A stretch of 64,000 bases of DNA from Rhodosorus marinus CCMP1338. Lineage: Eukaryota > Plantae > Rhodophyta. The stretch lies in the NCBI GenBank assembly GCA_029953675.1, contig JAMWBK010000003.1:868001-932000 (forward strand). The letters are read 5' to 3'. Below are positions 25,760-37,935 of the stretch, piece after piece. The notes beneath the pieces were generated by a model. That model had not been told where the DNA came from, searched no databases, and worked only from the letters and a program-made list of their open reading frames with translations. Positions within the stretch are counted from its first letter, which is position 1. Every line of letters starts with the position of its first letter. Both the position numbers and the translations under genes were made by a program.

Positions 25760-27728
25760 ATGAGTGGAGAAGGTGATGTTATGGAGCGTGTGCGTGCGCT
25801 AGGGCTCTGTTTGGATGACGCTGTTGTGACTGGCGTTTCAATTGGACTGCCGAGTGCGGACGCGAGCGGGCGTTTGCAGGAGTTCTCAAGTCCTTTTGAT
25901 TTTGAGAGACTGTTTGAAGGTGAGTAGCGACTGTGGTTTGTAGAAAGCGTGGACTGGGCGTTCGTTTTTGCCCATAGTCCAGGGCTGTGTGATTCTCGTA
26001 CTAGGGTGGTTACATTTGTACTGAGCCTGAGGTCTCGTCAACGTTTTCCTTACAGGTCTTTGCGGCATTTCAGCTTTGCCAGATGAGGATGTGAACTTAA
26101 TGTTGGAGAAGAACGTTGTTCAGGTGCGCAAAAATGAGGACGGAGTGAGAGAAAAGTATCAGTTGTCATCCCCGGAAGAGGTCATTCGGATCGCCGGTAG
26201 GATTGCTGACTTCGACCTTGCTGCACAACATGGAGTTCCGGAGTTTATTCTGCCAGCGCTGGATATCACTTTCAAGATGGCCATCAGTGTTGGACTAGAG
26301 GCACTCAAACATGCCAAGATTCGTCTAGAAAGAACTACCGCGGGGAAGATGTTATTGCCTGAGGAACTTCGAGACTCGACTGGGGTCATATTTGCTGCCA
26401 GCTTCCCTGTTTTAGACTCTTTGATAGAGGAAGTCTCGAAACATCTCAGGTACAAACTGCAGAAGCAATCAACACGAGAAAAGGTTGAAATGCTTCGTAG
26501 AATAAGCAAGAATGTGAAGTCCCAGTTTCCGGGGATCGCTAAAGTAATTCTAGGGGAGTTGGAGAGCATCGAGAGGTCGAAGGAAGATCTGAGCTATGAG
26601 TTCAACAGAAAGCTGCTCTTCCAGATCCTCGTTATGGCAAACTCCCAGTTGGCGGAATTGATTGGAGCCAGAGGCCCGAACGTTGATGTGAACGCTGCGT
26701 GTGCTTCATCCTCCATGGGGATCGCCATTGCCGAGGACTGGATACGAGTGGGGAGGGCCTCGAGGGTAATTGTTGTGGGTGCGGACAACGTGACTTCGAG
26801 GAACATGTTGCAATATGTTGGTACTGGGTTTCTGGCTCTAGGCGCGGCTAGCACCAAGGGGTGCGCAGAAGAAGCGGCTTTGCCTTTCAGTCGGAAACGG
26901 AACGGCCTTGTTTTGGGATCGGTATGTATGAATTCACCTCCCGCTGATACGGTCAGGTGTACTGACGGAAAGCGCTTTGGATCAATTCTGGTTGGACTAC
27001 AGGGAGCGGTTGGCTTGGTAATCGAATCAGAATCAGCAGCCAAAGAAAGGGATGCGGAAATTCTTAGTCGGATTCTCGCAACGAGAATTGTTAATAGCGC
27101 ATACCACGCCTCTGGGATTGACACCAAGCATGTGACAGGAGAGCTGCATGTGTTGCTGGACAGAGTTGAGAAAATTCACGGAGTCAAGGTACTTTATGAG
27201 TTTTGAAACCACGAAACTTATGAGCCATCCTGTCATCCTGTCGTTGCTAGTGCTAACCACGGAGGTATTTTGGGGTCTTTTAGAGGGAGGCGTTTGCTGA
27301 GAATGGTATTTACATAAGCCACGAGACCTTTACTTGTGTTAATGGAGGCTGTGCTGCAGTGGAGGCTAAAGCGTTGAGGGAAGGCTTTGGAGATGAAACT
27401 GCCTCAAAGCTCCTAATTGCCAATACGAAGGCTTTCACTGGTCACCCTATGGGGGCTGGAATTGAGGATGCTGTGGCTGTGATGTCCTTGCACACTGGAA
27501 GAGTTCCTCCGATACCCAGGAAGGCGGACCTCGATGAAAACCTGGGGGAGCTGAATATTTCATCCGGCGGTTCGCATGATAAATTCTATGCATTGCGGTA
27601 AGAAGCAAAGAGAGCAGCGCGAGCATGGTTACGAATACTAACTCTAGCCTTGGTCTGCATTCTGAGTATTCAGGTTTGCCGCAGGATTCGGTTCGCAATG
27701 TGTGTTCATTGCATATGGCAAGGTGTGA
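25760..27728 (+). CDS. Stand-alone beta-ketoacyl synthase (KS) domain protein, 5 exons
   Basis: Intact Cys-His-His triad: GPNVDVNAACASS (~26690), YISHETFT (~27315), NTKAFTGHPMGAGIE (~27430); C-terminal RFAAGFGSQ. Introns at ~25921-26055, 26923-27002, 27190-27283 and 27599-27673. Confidence 0.9.
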
Positions 27729-29350
27729 GACGATTTTCGTCTGGCCGTCAATTTGCTTGGAAATAGTTTCTTGTTTTTTTGACTTGATGTTCTTAGGTGG
27801 ATGGGAATCTGACCTCATTAGCTCGAATTTGGCGTATCCAATGCCGGTGGGGACGGTTCCAAATCCAAGCAGCTTGCTTCCGCGTTCATCAAAACCCGGA
27901 ATTCCTAGTTTCAGAACCTTCCCGTTTTCAGGGCACTCCAACAGCTTATTGAGCTTCTGGTTTGGATGTAGGTTGAGTGTAGCTGGTTTTGCAGCGAATT
28001 GGTCTGTCGCAGATGGTAGAAAACGAGTATTGTACAGCTGAAAACAGTGGGAAACAGTCTACCCTTCGTTGCCATACCCTGCGTAGTGGGCCATATCATA
28101 CTATCGTAAAGCACTGCTGCTCCAAATCAACAACCCCAGCCCTATCCCGAATCCCACCTTGCCAATGACCTCTGCCTATCCTTGATCAGCAAAATAGACT
28201 ACTCGCGGGTTAAAATACGTCAACTAACCTCCGCCCCCCCAAACCTCCGTTCAGTCTCCACAGTACCTAACCCACCACCAGTCAAATCAAATGATTGAAG
28301 GAGCCTGCTATTGATTGACATGCTTCGCTGGCTTATCAAATTCATTATTTTCCAAAGAAAAAACGAATCCGATGAAAAAATATTGAAATTAAAGCGATGA
28401 ACTCATGTGGATCTAAAGTGACAGCGGTGAGCGTCTTTAATGCCGCAGCCTTATTTGGACGGGTTTATCCCCCCTTGTCCCGGCGTTGTCTATATAGTAG
28501 CAGAAACTCAAAGCTCTACAAAACCATAATTCTGTTCTTATCGTCTGGAGTGAGTCTTGGTAATGTTGCCCTTTGAGGATTTCAGGCCCAGTTGAAGAAG
28601 GCCGTCCCCTCCCCCACTCCCTCCCCCACTCCGCTTTCTAGGCATTGCCAATGCTTTCACCTACAAAAAACCCAGTTTCTCCACAAGACAGAAAATTAAC
28701 ACAAAACAGCAAAATCAGGTTCAATTTCGCTACCCCTTTAAAGCAACTACCCATCATCCGAATATTCTTTAACAATATATTAATTTCGAACTTTTTGACT
28801 CTTTCACAAAGGGGCTCTTAGATGTTCTAGAAAATAAGTACATGACAGGCTGTCCCTTTTTCTAAACCGTGAAAAGGGAGGGTTTAGTTTTTTGATTAAG
28901 TAGGCAGAATTGTCCTCTGTCGGAGATGATTTTTTGTAAAAACAATTTATGAGTGTCGTTCAAGCAGGGGTGTGTGTTCTGTGTCAGACATATTGATGGA
29001 GGACTTTGGCCAGCTGTATGGGTTTAGGGTCGGATGGTTGGGGAGGGAGGGATAAGGGTGAGGAGGGGGGGGAAAAGCTTTGAGTTTTGTGGGAGTGTGA
29101 ATGGAAAAGACGATAAATTCGAAGGGTGGGAGTTCTGTAGTGTATTTGTGAGATCCTACGATGTGTTCTGAATCATGGTTTTAGTGGTGGTGGTTGGGTT
29201 GAGTGCGGGGAGGAGAGAGGTGATCGGTTTGGTTGACCTGAGGGTGTGAGGCGGGAGTGGTTTTTTCTAATTTTTTTCGCGGGAGAGAGATAGAGAGAGT
29301 AGTGATCGCGCGGGTTTGGGGTCCGCATCCGCCAGGTCTCTTTGCTAGAG

Positions 29351-32115
29351 ATGAAAGAAACTGGGGATGATATCGTCACCCTCAGGAAGAAAGCATCGCA
29401 AAAGGCGGTGAGCAAGGCCGCAATCGTGCCTCCCAGTCCGCCTGATGCGAGCGAAGGGAGCGCTGGAGAACAGGTGAGCTGGCTCTGGGCCTAGCTACTT
29501 TTTGGTGTTTTGGGAATACACCTTACCTGCCTTCATGTTGTTTTGATCGGTTTTCTAGTTGGCTGGGAATGGGGGCGTTCCAGAGAAAACGGGTGATCTG
29601 AAACTCAGGTCCGTAGGCTCTCATGCTAGGGATCTTAACGGAAAGGGCCCTTCGGATCCAGCTCCATTGCCGGTGAAGATGAATCCCGAGTCTGGAAGAG
29701 GGAGGGATAAGAGTTCTTATGCAAACTTTAACCTTAGTATTGACTTGAGAGATGCCATTCGGCAACTACGCAAGCTCGCTAGGAAGAATTTCAGGCTCGC
29801 TTTGGCCCCTGTGATTGTCTCCTGCCTGCTTTTTTATTTCTATTTTACTAACGTGGTAATCCACCCGCGTGTTACGAGAGAGTTCGTTCCGGGCCAGACT
29901 GAGATTGTCGCTGGACAGAAGGATATGAAGTCGCTCCAGCAAGGAACTTCGCTAATAGCCGCCTGCAAAGATGAGAATGGCCTACTAACGGTTTTGAGGA
30001 CTTGGCTAAAGGTCAACAACGTGGATGAGGTTGTCTTGGTGGATTGGGGTTCTGAAAAACCTTTCTCGAAGGTGCTGTCGAGACTCATGGACGTGAGCGG
30101 CATCGTCCTCGTTACTGTAGACGACGCTGGAAGCTTCAACGTCGCTAGCGCTTACAACCTGGCGATGCACTATGCCAGCCATGACATCGTGATCCGAGTT
30201 GACTGCGATCAGATATTGGAGCAGGACTTTGTTGTTTCTCACCCCCTAGCACGCGAGCCCCTTTTCTATGCCGGAAGTTGGACTGAGGCGAGGAACTCAA
30301 ATGAGCTACAGCTGAATGATGTGCTTGTAGTACGCCAAGAGTACTTCTGGAAGACGGGCGGATACGACGAGAGGATTGAAGTGCGCGGAGGTGAAGACGA
30401 AGATCTTTATGCTCGCCTCCTCGCGATTCCTAGAATGAAGAGAAGAAGTGTTAATTACGAGAAGGTTAAGCATTTACCTCCTCTGCTGGACACAAAGTCA
30501 CAATTGAGCGAATTATTATCTCCTGTCGACATCGATTGCAACAAAATAATGCTCAGTTCGCTACCAGCTTGGGATCCAAGCGCAGTTCAGGACCGAGCGC
30601 TGTACAGAATTGACGTTAGCTCGTCGGATCGCTACTTAATAAGCTTGCTGCGGTAAGTTGCAACCGCACGCTCCTGGCACGGTGCTTTTTTGCGAAAGCT
30701 CGGGTATCTTAGGCGTCGTGTTGCACCCCAACTTTTCCAAACAAGCAGGAAACCAACATCCCTGGCTGATCGTCTATCAGAGAAGACCTTCGGCGATACT
30801 CGAAAACTCGCGCTGCGGACAAGGTTGAACTCTGACTTCCGAGTTCCGAATGCGTTTCTGGAGGGAATGGATACAAGGTCCCTGGAGATGCTTCTCGGGA
30901 AGCTCTTGATGCGGGTGAGGAGCTCGGGATCTAGTAGCAAACCCACCGTGTTCTTTGCACATTGCATGCATGGACTCGGCAATAGAATACGTGCGCTCGG
31001 ATCTTCGATGGCAGTTGCACGTAATACCGGAAGGTATGTCCGCTGTTGTCTTGCCATTTGTTGCGTGATGCCATAGGAGGAGGCTCATGGCCGATTTCAT
31101 GTTTCAAATGTTGTTCACTTCCTCCAGGGAACTAGTTGTGATTTGGGATAACGATTCGCATTGTAGCGCAAAGTTTTCAGATTTGTTTGGCAACGACTAC
31201 CCTGTCATTGAAAATTTGAAGGCGACGTTCCCCTTCACTCAGGAGGCGTTGACAGACCCTGCATGGGCCACTGTCAAAGCTTTTAACTATATGGATACTG
31301 AGGAGGGCTCTGAGAAGAACAAGGAGGTCACAGAATTGAAGGGAAACCACATCTACTACAAAGGTAGCAGCGGATGAAAAGCCTAAGCTCAATCCTATTC
31401 AGGTTTCCTCGAGAGACCAGGTTCTGATTCCACATACCCACGTACATGCTATTCACCATAGGAGCGTTCATTATGAACGCGCCGAAGCTATCGTCCTGGA
31501 AAATGGACAACGACGAACTTGCAAAGCTCAAGCCATCCGCCGATGTTCAAGAAATCCTGGACAAGTTTGATCCGAGACAGGACTTTTCCGACGTCGTGTC
31601 AGTGCACATTCGGAATAGGGGCCTTGACACGGACATTGACGGAGTTGACAGTAAACGTGAGTATACAGAGAAAGGCGCCGCGGACATGCAGTACTGGAGG
31701 GAGCGGAGCCATTACACAAATTTTGTGAAGAAGGTATGCATTTTCGCTGAAAACCGTCAGAGTACCAAAATGCTGGAGAGAAGCTGACCCTCAAGAACGT
31801 TACCGCAACCAGATGCAAGAGATAGTCACGGCTGAGCCACAGACAAAGTTTTATCTATCTTCGGATACGGTGCACATACTCGACGAAATGAAGAGATTGT
31901 TTCCTGGGAAGATTCTGGTCACTCCCAGAGATTGTGACGATCGAGGGGGGGATTGTATCAAGTATGCTTTGGCTGACCTGTATCTATTAGCGCGTGGAAA
32001 ATATGTTCTTGGTAGCAACTGGAGTTCGTTTACGGAGGCAGCGCAAAGACTAGGGGGTTTGCAGGGGTTTATGGCGGGTCGCGACTTTGCAAACGAAACT
32101 CTCTCTACGAACTAG
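29351..32115 (+). CDS. Type II membrane two-domain glycosyltransferase (GT-A/GT7C-like plus fucosyltransferase-fold)
   Basis: TM LALAPVIVSCLLFYFYF; GT-A motifs LVDWGS, RVDCD, GGYDERIEVRGGEDEDL; second domain HCMHGLGNRIRAL, VSVHIRN, FYLSSD, DLYLLARGKYVLGSNWSSFTEAA. Confidence 0.82.
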
Positions 32116-32337
32116 AGGGATGGCAATCTTCTGCGTTTAATCTGCACCTGAACGGCTAGGACCTAGAGACGCAGATCCTACCGCTCTTAACCAACCACTG
32201 GACTCTAATTTTTTTTAGCTTTTCTATGAAAAACTTGTTTGTTCTTAATACACGTTTTGTTTTGGTACTTGTATAGCCTTCCCAACTCCCATGAGATCTT
32301 TCCATCGGTATGAAAGCATAATCGTGGGTATGCGAAA

Positions 32338-34824
32338 TCAAGTCGCGGCCGCCGACACTGGGACTGCTTCTTCAAAGTTGGGCTGACCAGTTGTTAGCAT
32401 TACTTCTTCCCAACTGCGACTTTCGACATCAACCTAGGGGTGGATAAGCGCTCACAGGAAACGAGTGAGCGATTGTGGACCTTCTAGGTTGTAGAACGGC
32501 CGTCCTACCTCCATCCTTCCTTGAGAAATAACTTCCATTGGGATGTAGACGTAATGAGTTCGAATAAGCCCGACAGTGAAACCACTATCGTTTCGATATA
32601 TTCGAAGGCACAAGATTACCGCAGTTAGCAAAGGCCTGTACACGAGATCGTGATCGAATTTCTGCCTAGAGTCGTAGGGACATTTGAATTTTGCTCACGT
32701 GTAACCTGCAAAAGCGCCATGCACTGCATTCTGTGCCAACATGGCACAGTAGAGGTTGTCTGCTGCGTTCGGAGGAACAGTTCGGATCATATAAGTAGGA
32801 TCAATGTACCTAAGATAGTTGGTGAAGAGCGAAAATGTCAAATTGATTGTCCAGAGCTCGAACCAAGAACGTTGTACACTCTGTGTTTCGTACTTGAGCG
32901 TGACCTCGTCTTGTCTGAGGGAATTAGTTATATGCTCTTTCAACCAGAGCCCGACGTCGGGAAGTCTCATATTTCCAGATGCGTCAGTCTCGTTCTTAAT
33001 CTCACTTTCAATATGCATTCCGGCGCCTTCCGCAACGACAACCACGCAGTGGCCTTTTCGATGAAGCACTTTTCGAATATGTGCAATAAGGCCCTTCGCG
33101 GAGAGAAAGAATATTAGATTGTGGCATTCAGAAATCCATACTGTTCAATGCTCATAAAGGGATACGAGAGCTGGTTTGGACGGGATTCACCTTCTCCCCT
33201 TCTAGAACGAAGGGTACTTCTGGAATCAAGCAAACGTCTACATCTCTTGATGCCACTGTAGCCGCCATCGTAATGTGCCCTGAATGTCTCCCCATAAGTT
33301 TCACCAATCCAATTCCTACTTACGCGCGGAGGTTGGAATGGTAAGAACAAACTCACAACAAAGAATTGGAGATGCTGGGTGCCTTCTGACCATTAAAGTA
33401 ACTCGTGGCTTCAGTTTTGGCGCTCTTGATGGCTCTCTGAGCTTCCTCGACTGCGGTAGCAAAGCCAAAACTCCTGTCTATGAGTGCTATATCGTTGTCT
33501 ACTGTTTTCGGGATACCAATGACCGCATAGGGAAGTTTCCTCGATCTCAGCTCGTCTTGGGAAGGAAAGCAAAAAAGAAACAAAAAGGACTAGCAGAGTG
33601 AGTATTTCTGCTCATGTCCTCTCGGGAGAGAGTTGTGAAGACTCCTTGTTCCAAGGCGTCGGTCACTAGTAGCCACTCGAGATGAACTCAAGTCGAAAAC
33701 TCGAACCTCGCAGGGATTCTATATAGGTCGATATGGTCGATGCGAAGACCACTCTAACTGTCGCAAGGAACAAGGCGCGACTATTGAAAGACTGTCTTTG
33801 CACAAAGGAACGTGCTGCTCGAAGAAACGATTTCCTTACCAAAGACTTTGATCGCTCCCCGATGGCTTCCGTCTCCTCCAATGACAAAAACCATGTTGAA
33901 TCCGAAATCGACAATTGCATCCACGATCATCCGCGTGCTATGGCCTCCGCGGGAGGACCCTAAGTAAGAGCCTCCATCGTGATGGATATCGTCAACTTCC
34001 TCATCCTGTGATGGTGCAAGGGTTCAGTTTGCCGAGTGGAAAAGGGGCATCAGGCTCGGCAAAAGCAAAACGTTCAGAAAGGCCGGAATGCGGTGTTACC
34101 GTTAACGGTTTGATCTCATACTCCGGTTCATAAAAACCGCGAAATCCAAACGGCACGCCATATACTTCTCTTACACCGTACGTGTACTTCAGGCACATGT
34201 AAATCTCCCTAATAACCGTATTCAAACCAGGGCACAGACCTCCACATGTGACAATGGCAGGCTGATCACCGGACAAGAGAGGAAATTCTGTCAGATAGAA
34301 GGCAAAGCGAGCTAAAATTTCTAAGTCTCCCTGCTCAAGCATACCTTTGCCTTTCTCGGATCGTGCAAAATCGCCTTTCGAGGTCCGCCTCTCAAGAACT
34401 CCCTTGAAACCGTCTCATGTTTCGTATGGCTCACAATATCAAGGAGTACAGTCTCAGAATTTGACACGAAAATATTCTCGCCTACCCCTTGTGCTCTGTA
34501 TGGACTAGGAAGAGACTCCACATCCAGGAAATCTGATATCTACGTTTCCATCATCCCACCAATCATTCAGTTCTAAGTCCACGAGATACGCCCCGTTGTC
34601 CAGACGCATACCTTGCAGGGAATGAAGTTCCCAACATCATCCTCGACTGTTGAGCCCACTATCTTCGTATAGCTTGCCTCCGCCTGCTTGGCTATGGACT
34701 GGATCTTGGGCTGATCATGTACAGAGGCCACATCCTCCAGCGACTCCTGATGCAGCTTCGCAATCAACTCCATCGTATTCGTCCGAATCATTCGACTCGA
34801 CTCTCGTTTCCCACTTGAAGCCAT
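32338..34824 (-). CDS. PFK: ATP-dependent 6-phosphofructokinase (plant/group X type), multi-exon
   Basis: [41 protein letters not shown] (Gly form indicates ATP), [63 protein letters not shown]. Confidence 0.95.
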
Positions 34825-35809
34825 ATTTCAGTACTTGCGTAAGACTCAACCCTGTCCTTCTCCTGAATGGGTTATCCGATCTCCTCTGCTAGACCCAACG
34901 CAACCCATTCTCCTCTTCCAACTCCAAGATCCATCAGCCAACGGATTTTCTCCCAAATGCAATACCTCTCATAAATTTCCAAAATACATTAGCGATTCTG
35001 CCATATAAGATGTTAGCGTACATTGCGTTAATGATCGATTATCCAATTAATGGAGATTACATGAGTTAACTTTCCTGATAGTGATAATTTACCCAATCAT
35101 GTTTATTAAGTAGAATATTGATGGTATATTCAAGCTATTGATTGGATTATACTGGTGTGATAGCATTTTTTACGTTATTTTGTTTTCGGAAAGGGAGGGT
35201 TCCTGTTGGGTCTGAAGATGTTCGGTTGTGTGGTTGCTCCGCTGGATAGGCTCACTTGGCTCTTCAGAAGTTTTGATTGATAGTTTTGAGGGTTTATCAA
35301 CAAAAAAATTCTTCTCCCTTCTTCCGCCCCGAAATGAAAACGACCGCGGCCCCAGGTGACTTGAGGTTTTGGGTCCTGTGAACTTGCGAGAGTCGCTGCT
35401 TGATGTCCATGTGTTGAGTAACATGGATGGAAGAATGAAGTCTATCCTTGACAGCGCTTAAAAAAACAGCGAGAGAAAGTGTCGAAAACAATCGAGGCTG
35501 TTTTGTAGAGTGCGTGGGGGCATGTCGCTAGTTTCGGTGATAGCAGTACGCCGTTATCCCGAGAGCACAATGTTTATCTGCTTCACAATGCCATTGGACT
35601 ATCCCTCGTAAGTGGATGACACGTTGCTCCCTCAAGGGTAGCTGTTATCTCCGCAGATCGATGAGAAGTAAAACATGGTATTTAGAGAGTACGACCACTG
35701 AGGCTAGTGAAAATGCTCCGGTCGATTTCGAGGTCTGGGGTTCGCGGCAAATGAGAACATCGACAAAGGCTGCTGGATTTGCAGCAAGTTGGTGCGCCTT
35801 TCCCTTGTA

Positions 35810-36669
35810 ATGAAGTATTCTGAAGGCGGAGCCGAAGGGACTAAGGGTGCACCAGCGCTGAACTCGACAGAATCCGGGCCAATGAATGGGATTAAGGAGA
35901 ATGAAACCGGTGTAGAGAGCAACGCGGGTCATCACGCAGAGTTCCCAATGAACCTTGTTTTTGCGCTTAGCCCGGAAGATAGGAGAGCATATGGAGGAGC
36001 GTCCGAAAAAGATCTATTTGATAGCCACGTGCACTATACCAGTTCCTGGCCAAAGGATGCAGTATTTTACCTGTTCAACAATAACGTGCTTCTTTCCTTG
36101 TTGTTTGTACACAAAAACCATCCGTTTACGAAGAAGATGAGATGGATGGTTCAGTTTTGCGCTTTGTCGCTGACGTTCTTGTTCTCAACATTTGGACTCC
36201 TCCTTCCGAGAGGAATACGAGCAGTGTGGAGGTATGCCTGTTCTATCTGTATTCACGTCATCGGAAGTCGCTATCAAAACGCGCCTGTGCTTACTGGTTC
36301 TAAAATTTGCGGCGAAACTTTCACAGGCTTGTGGTTGCTCCACTGCTTCTACTAACGTGGAACATATACATTGGAACACTAGCTCAGTGTCCTTGTCTAT
36401 TCAGCGGGTTTATCTCGGAGAACTTTCGTTCGCGCGTTTCCAAGATCGGACGGATCCTGCTGTACATTGCCGTCAGCAGTTCCGTCATATTCGCCCTCCT
36501 CGGGAGGCTCTTCCTATCGATCGCGCCTGAACAGACTAAGGGAGATTCTTGGATGATGGACTTCATCGAAACCCAGCTATCCTCTCTATTATGGTCCATA
36601 CCAACCGACCTCCTCGTCTATAGCTTCCTCCGACGATTCCAAAGCCCAATCAATCCATCGCCAGTCTAA
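35810..36669 (+). CDS. Hypothetical multi-pass membrane protein
   Basis: FYLFNNNVLLSLLFVHKNHPFTKKMRWMVQF followed by several hydrophobic helices; ORFs 35789-36355 and 36307-36669 are joinable by a short intron. Confidence 0.6.
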
Positions 36670-37233
36670 GACGATTAATCAATCACAAAAGAACACATGT
36701 CGAAAATCTCACTATAAGCCAATAAAAACCAAGCATTCATCATATATCCAATACTTAAACAAAAATCAAACTAATAACAAAGAAAAAGGATAATTTATTG
36801 ACCGCGTACGTTTTTAAAGGAATATTCATGTTTAATAGTGAAGCGTCTTTCACGTCAACAAGATTGACGTGAAACACCCCAGATTCGCTTTCCTATTCGT
36901 TTTCCTTGTTCTAGATGGCGTTTTCTGTCGAGCGGGGATGATGGGTGACGGCACCATATTTTAATGGGAAGGGAGGGAGGCGATACTGGCGAGGGGTTGA
37001 AGGAGACTAGAGAGACAAAGGAAAGGGAGCGGATTTTCAGGTGAGGAATTAGGATTTTTCGTAGTCATCTGTCTATGAACTGGTGTTGATGAGTATACTA
37101 ACCCCTCCCTTCACTCTCCCCTCGTTTTTGTCAGTGAAGAAGGTTCTTGAGGTGCGCTGGAGATTTATTTTGGGGGAGGAGGAGGTTGAGATCTGAGATT
37201 TTGAGGTGTGCGCGGAGAGCTCTTTTGTGAAAG

Positions 37234-37935
37234 ATGGAGAATTCGTGTTTTGTGTTGGGATCCGCTGGGTCACTAGGTAGGAATAAGGTGGTGGCTAAGA
37301 AATGTGGTGTGAGGGGCTTGAGCATGGGAAATGGGCAGGTGAAGGGGGATAGTCGTTCTGGCAGTGTTCCGATATGGAAGACTGGGCTGCTTGGTGTATT
37401 TGGTGCTGCTTTGGGATTTATGGGAGGTTTTCAGCATGCACAAGCGGGAATTTTTGGATCGAGCAAGTTGAAGCTGTCCGAAAATGAGAAAGTAACAACG
37501 GGGTTGACGACGGTGGCTGCTGGCATTGGGTTTGTGTACATTGCATACAAGACGAACAGAGAGGAGGACCAAAATGAAGCCTCAAGCATCAGGGTATGAC
37601 TTAGTTTCCTTTTTTGCGTGTTCACCGAGAATGTGGTCGCTCGATCTGAGCCCGTTTTATTGTTGTCTTTCGAGTAGGAGGAGGCTGATCGACTGGAGAA
37701 ATGGAAGCAGGAGTTTGAGGCGGAGGAGGACGAGGAAAATTCTGTTTCAAACGAGGACCTGATGGCGTCTCTCCGAGATCGGCTTCAGAAGAAGGAGTCC
37801 GCTCCCGCAAGCGCAGAGGACGTGGAAAAATTGAACCGAATGTTTAAAGGAGAGGAGGAAGACGACAGCCCCTCTGACTCTGCCGAAGATGATGAGGATC
37901 AAGACGATGATTCCTCCGACACTGACAAAAACTGA
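37234..37935 (+). CDS. Uncharacterised plastid (thylakoid-type) single-TM protein with acidic tail, paralogue A
   Basis: Basic Ser/Gly/Val-rich transit peptide, hydrophobic signal ending AQA, TM LTTVAAGIGFVYIAY, intron ~37594-37677, then VSNEDLMASLRDRLQK..SAEDVEKLNRMF and a D/E-rich end. Confidence 0.7.

Noticed and set aside
33666-33990. Apparent insertion ORFs inside PFK
   Set aside because: They are alternative frames; the correct frame gives the normal [15 protein letters not shown] exon.
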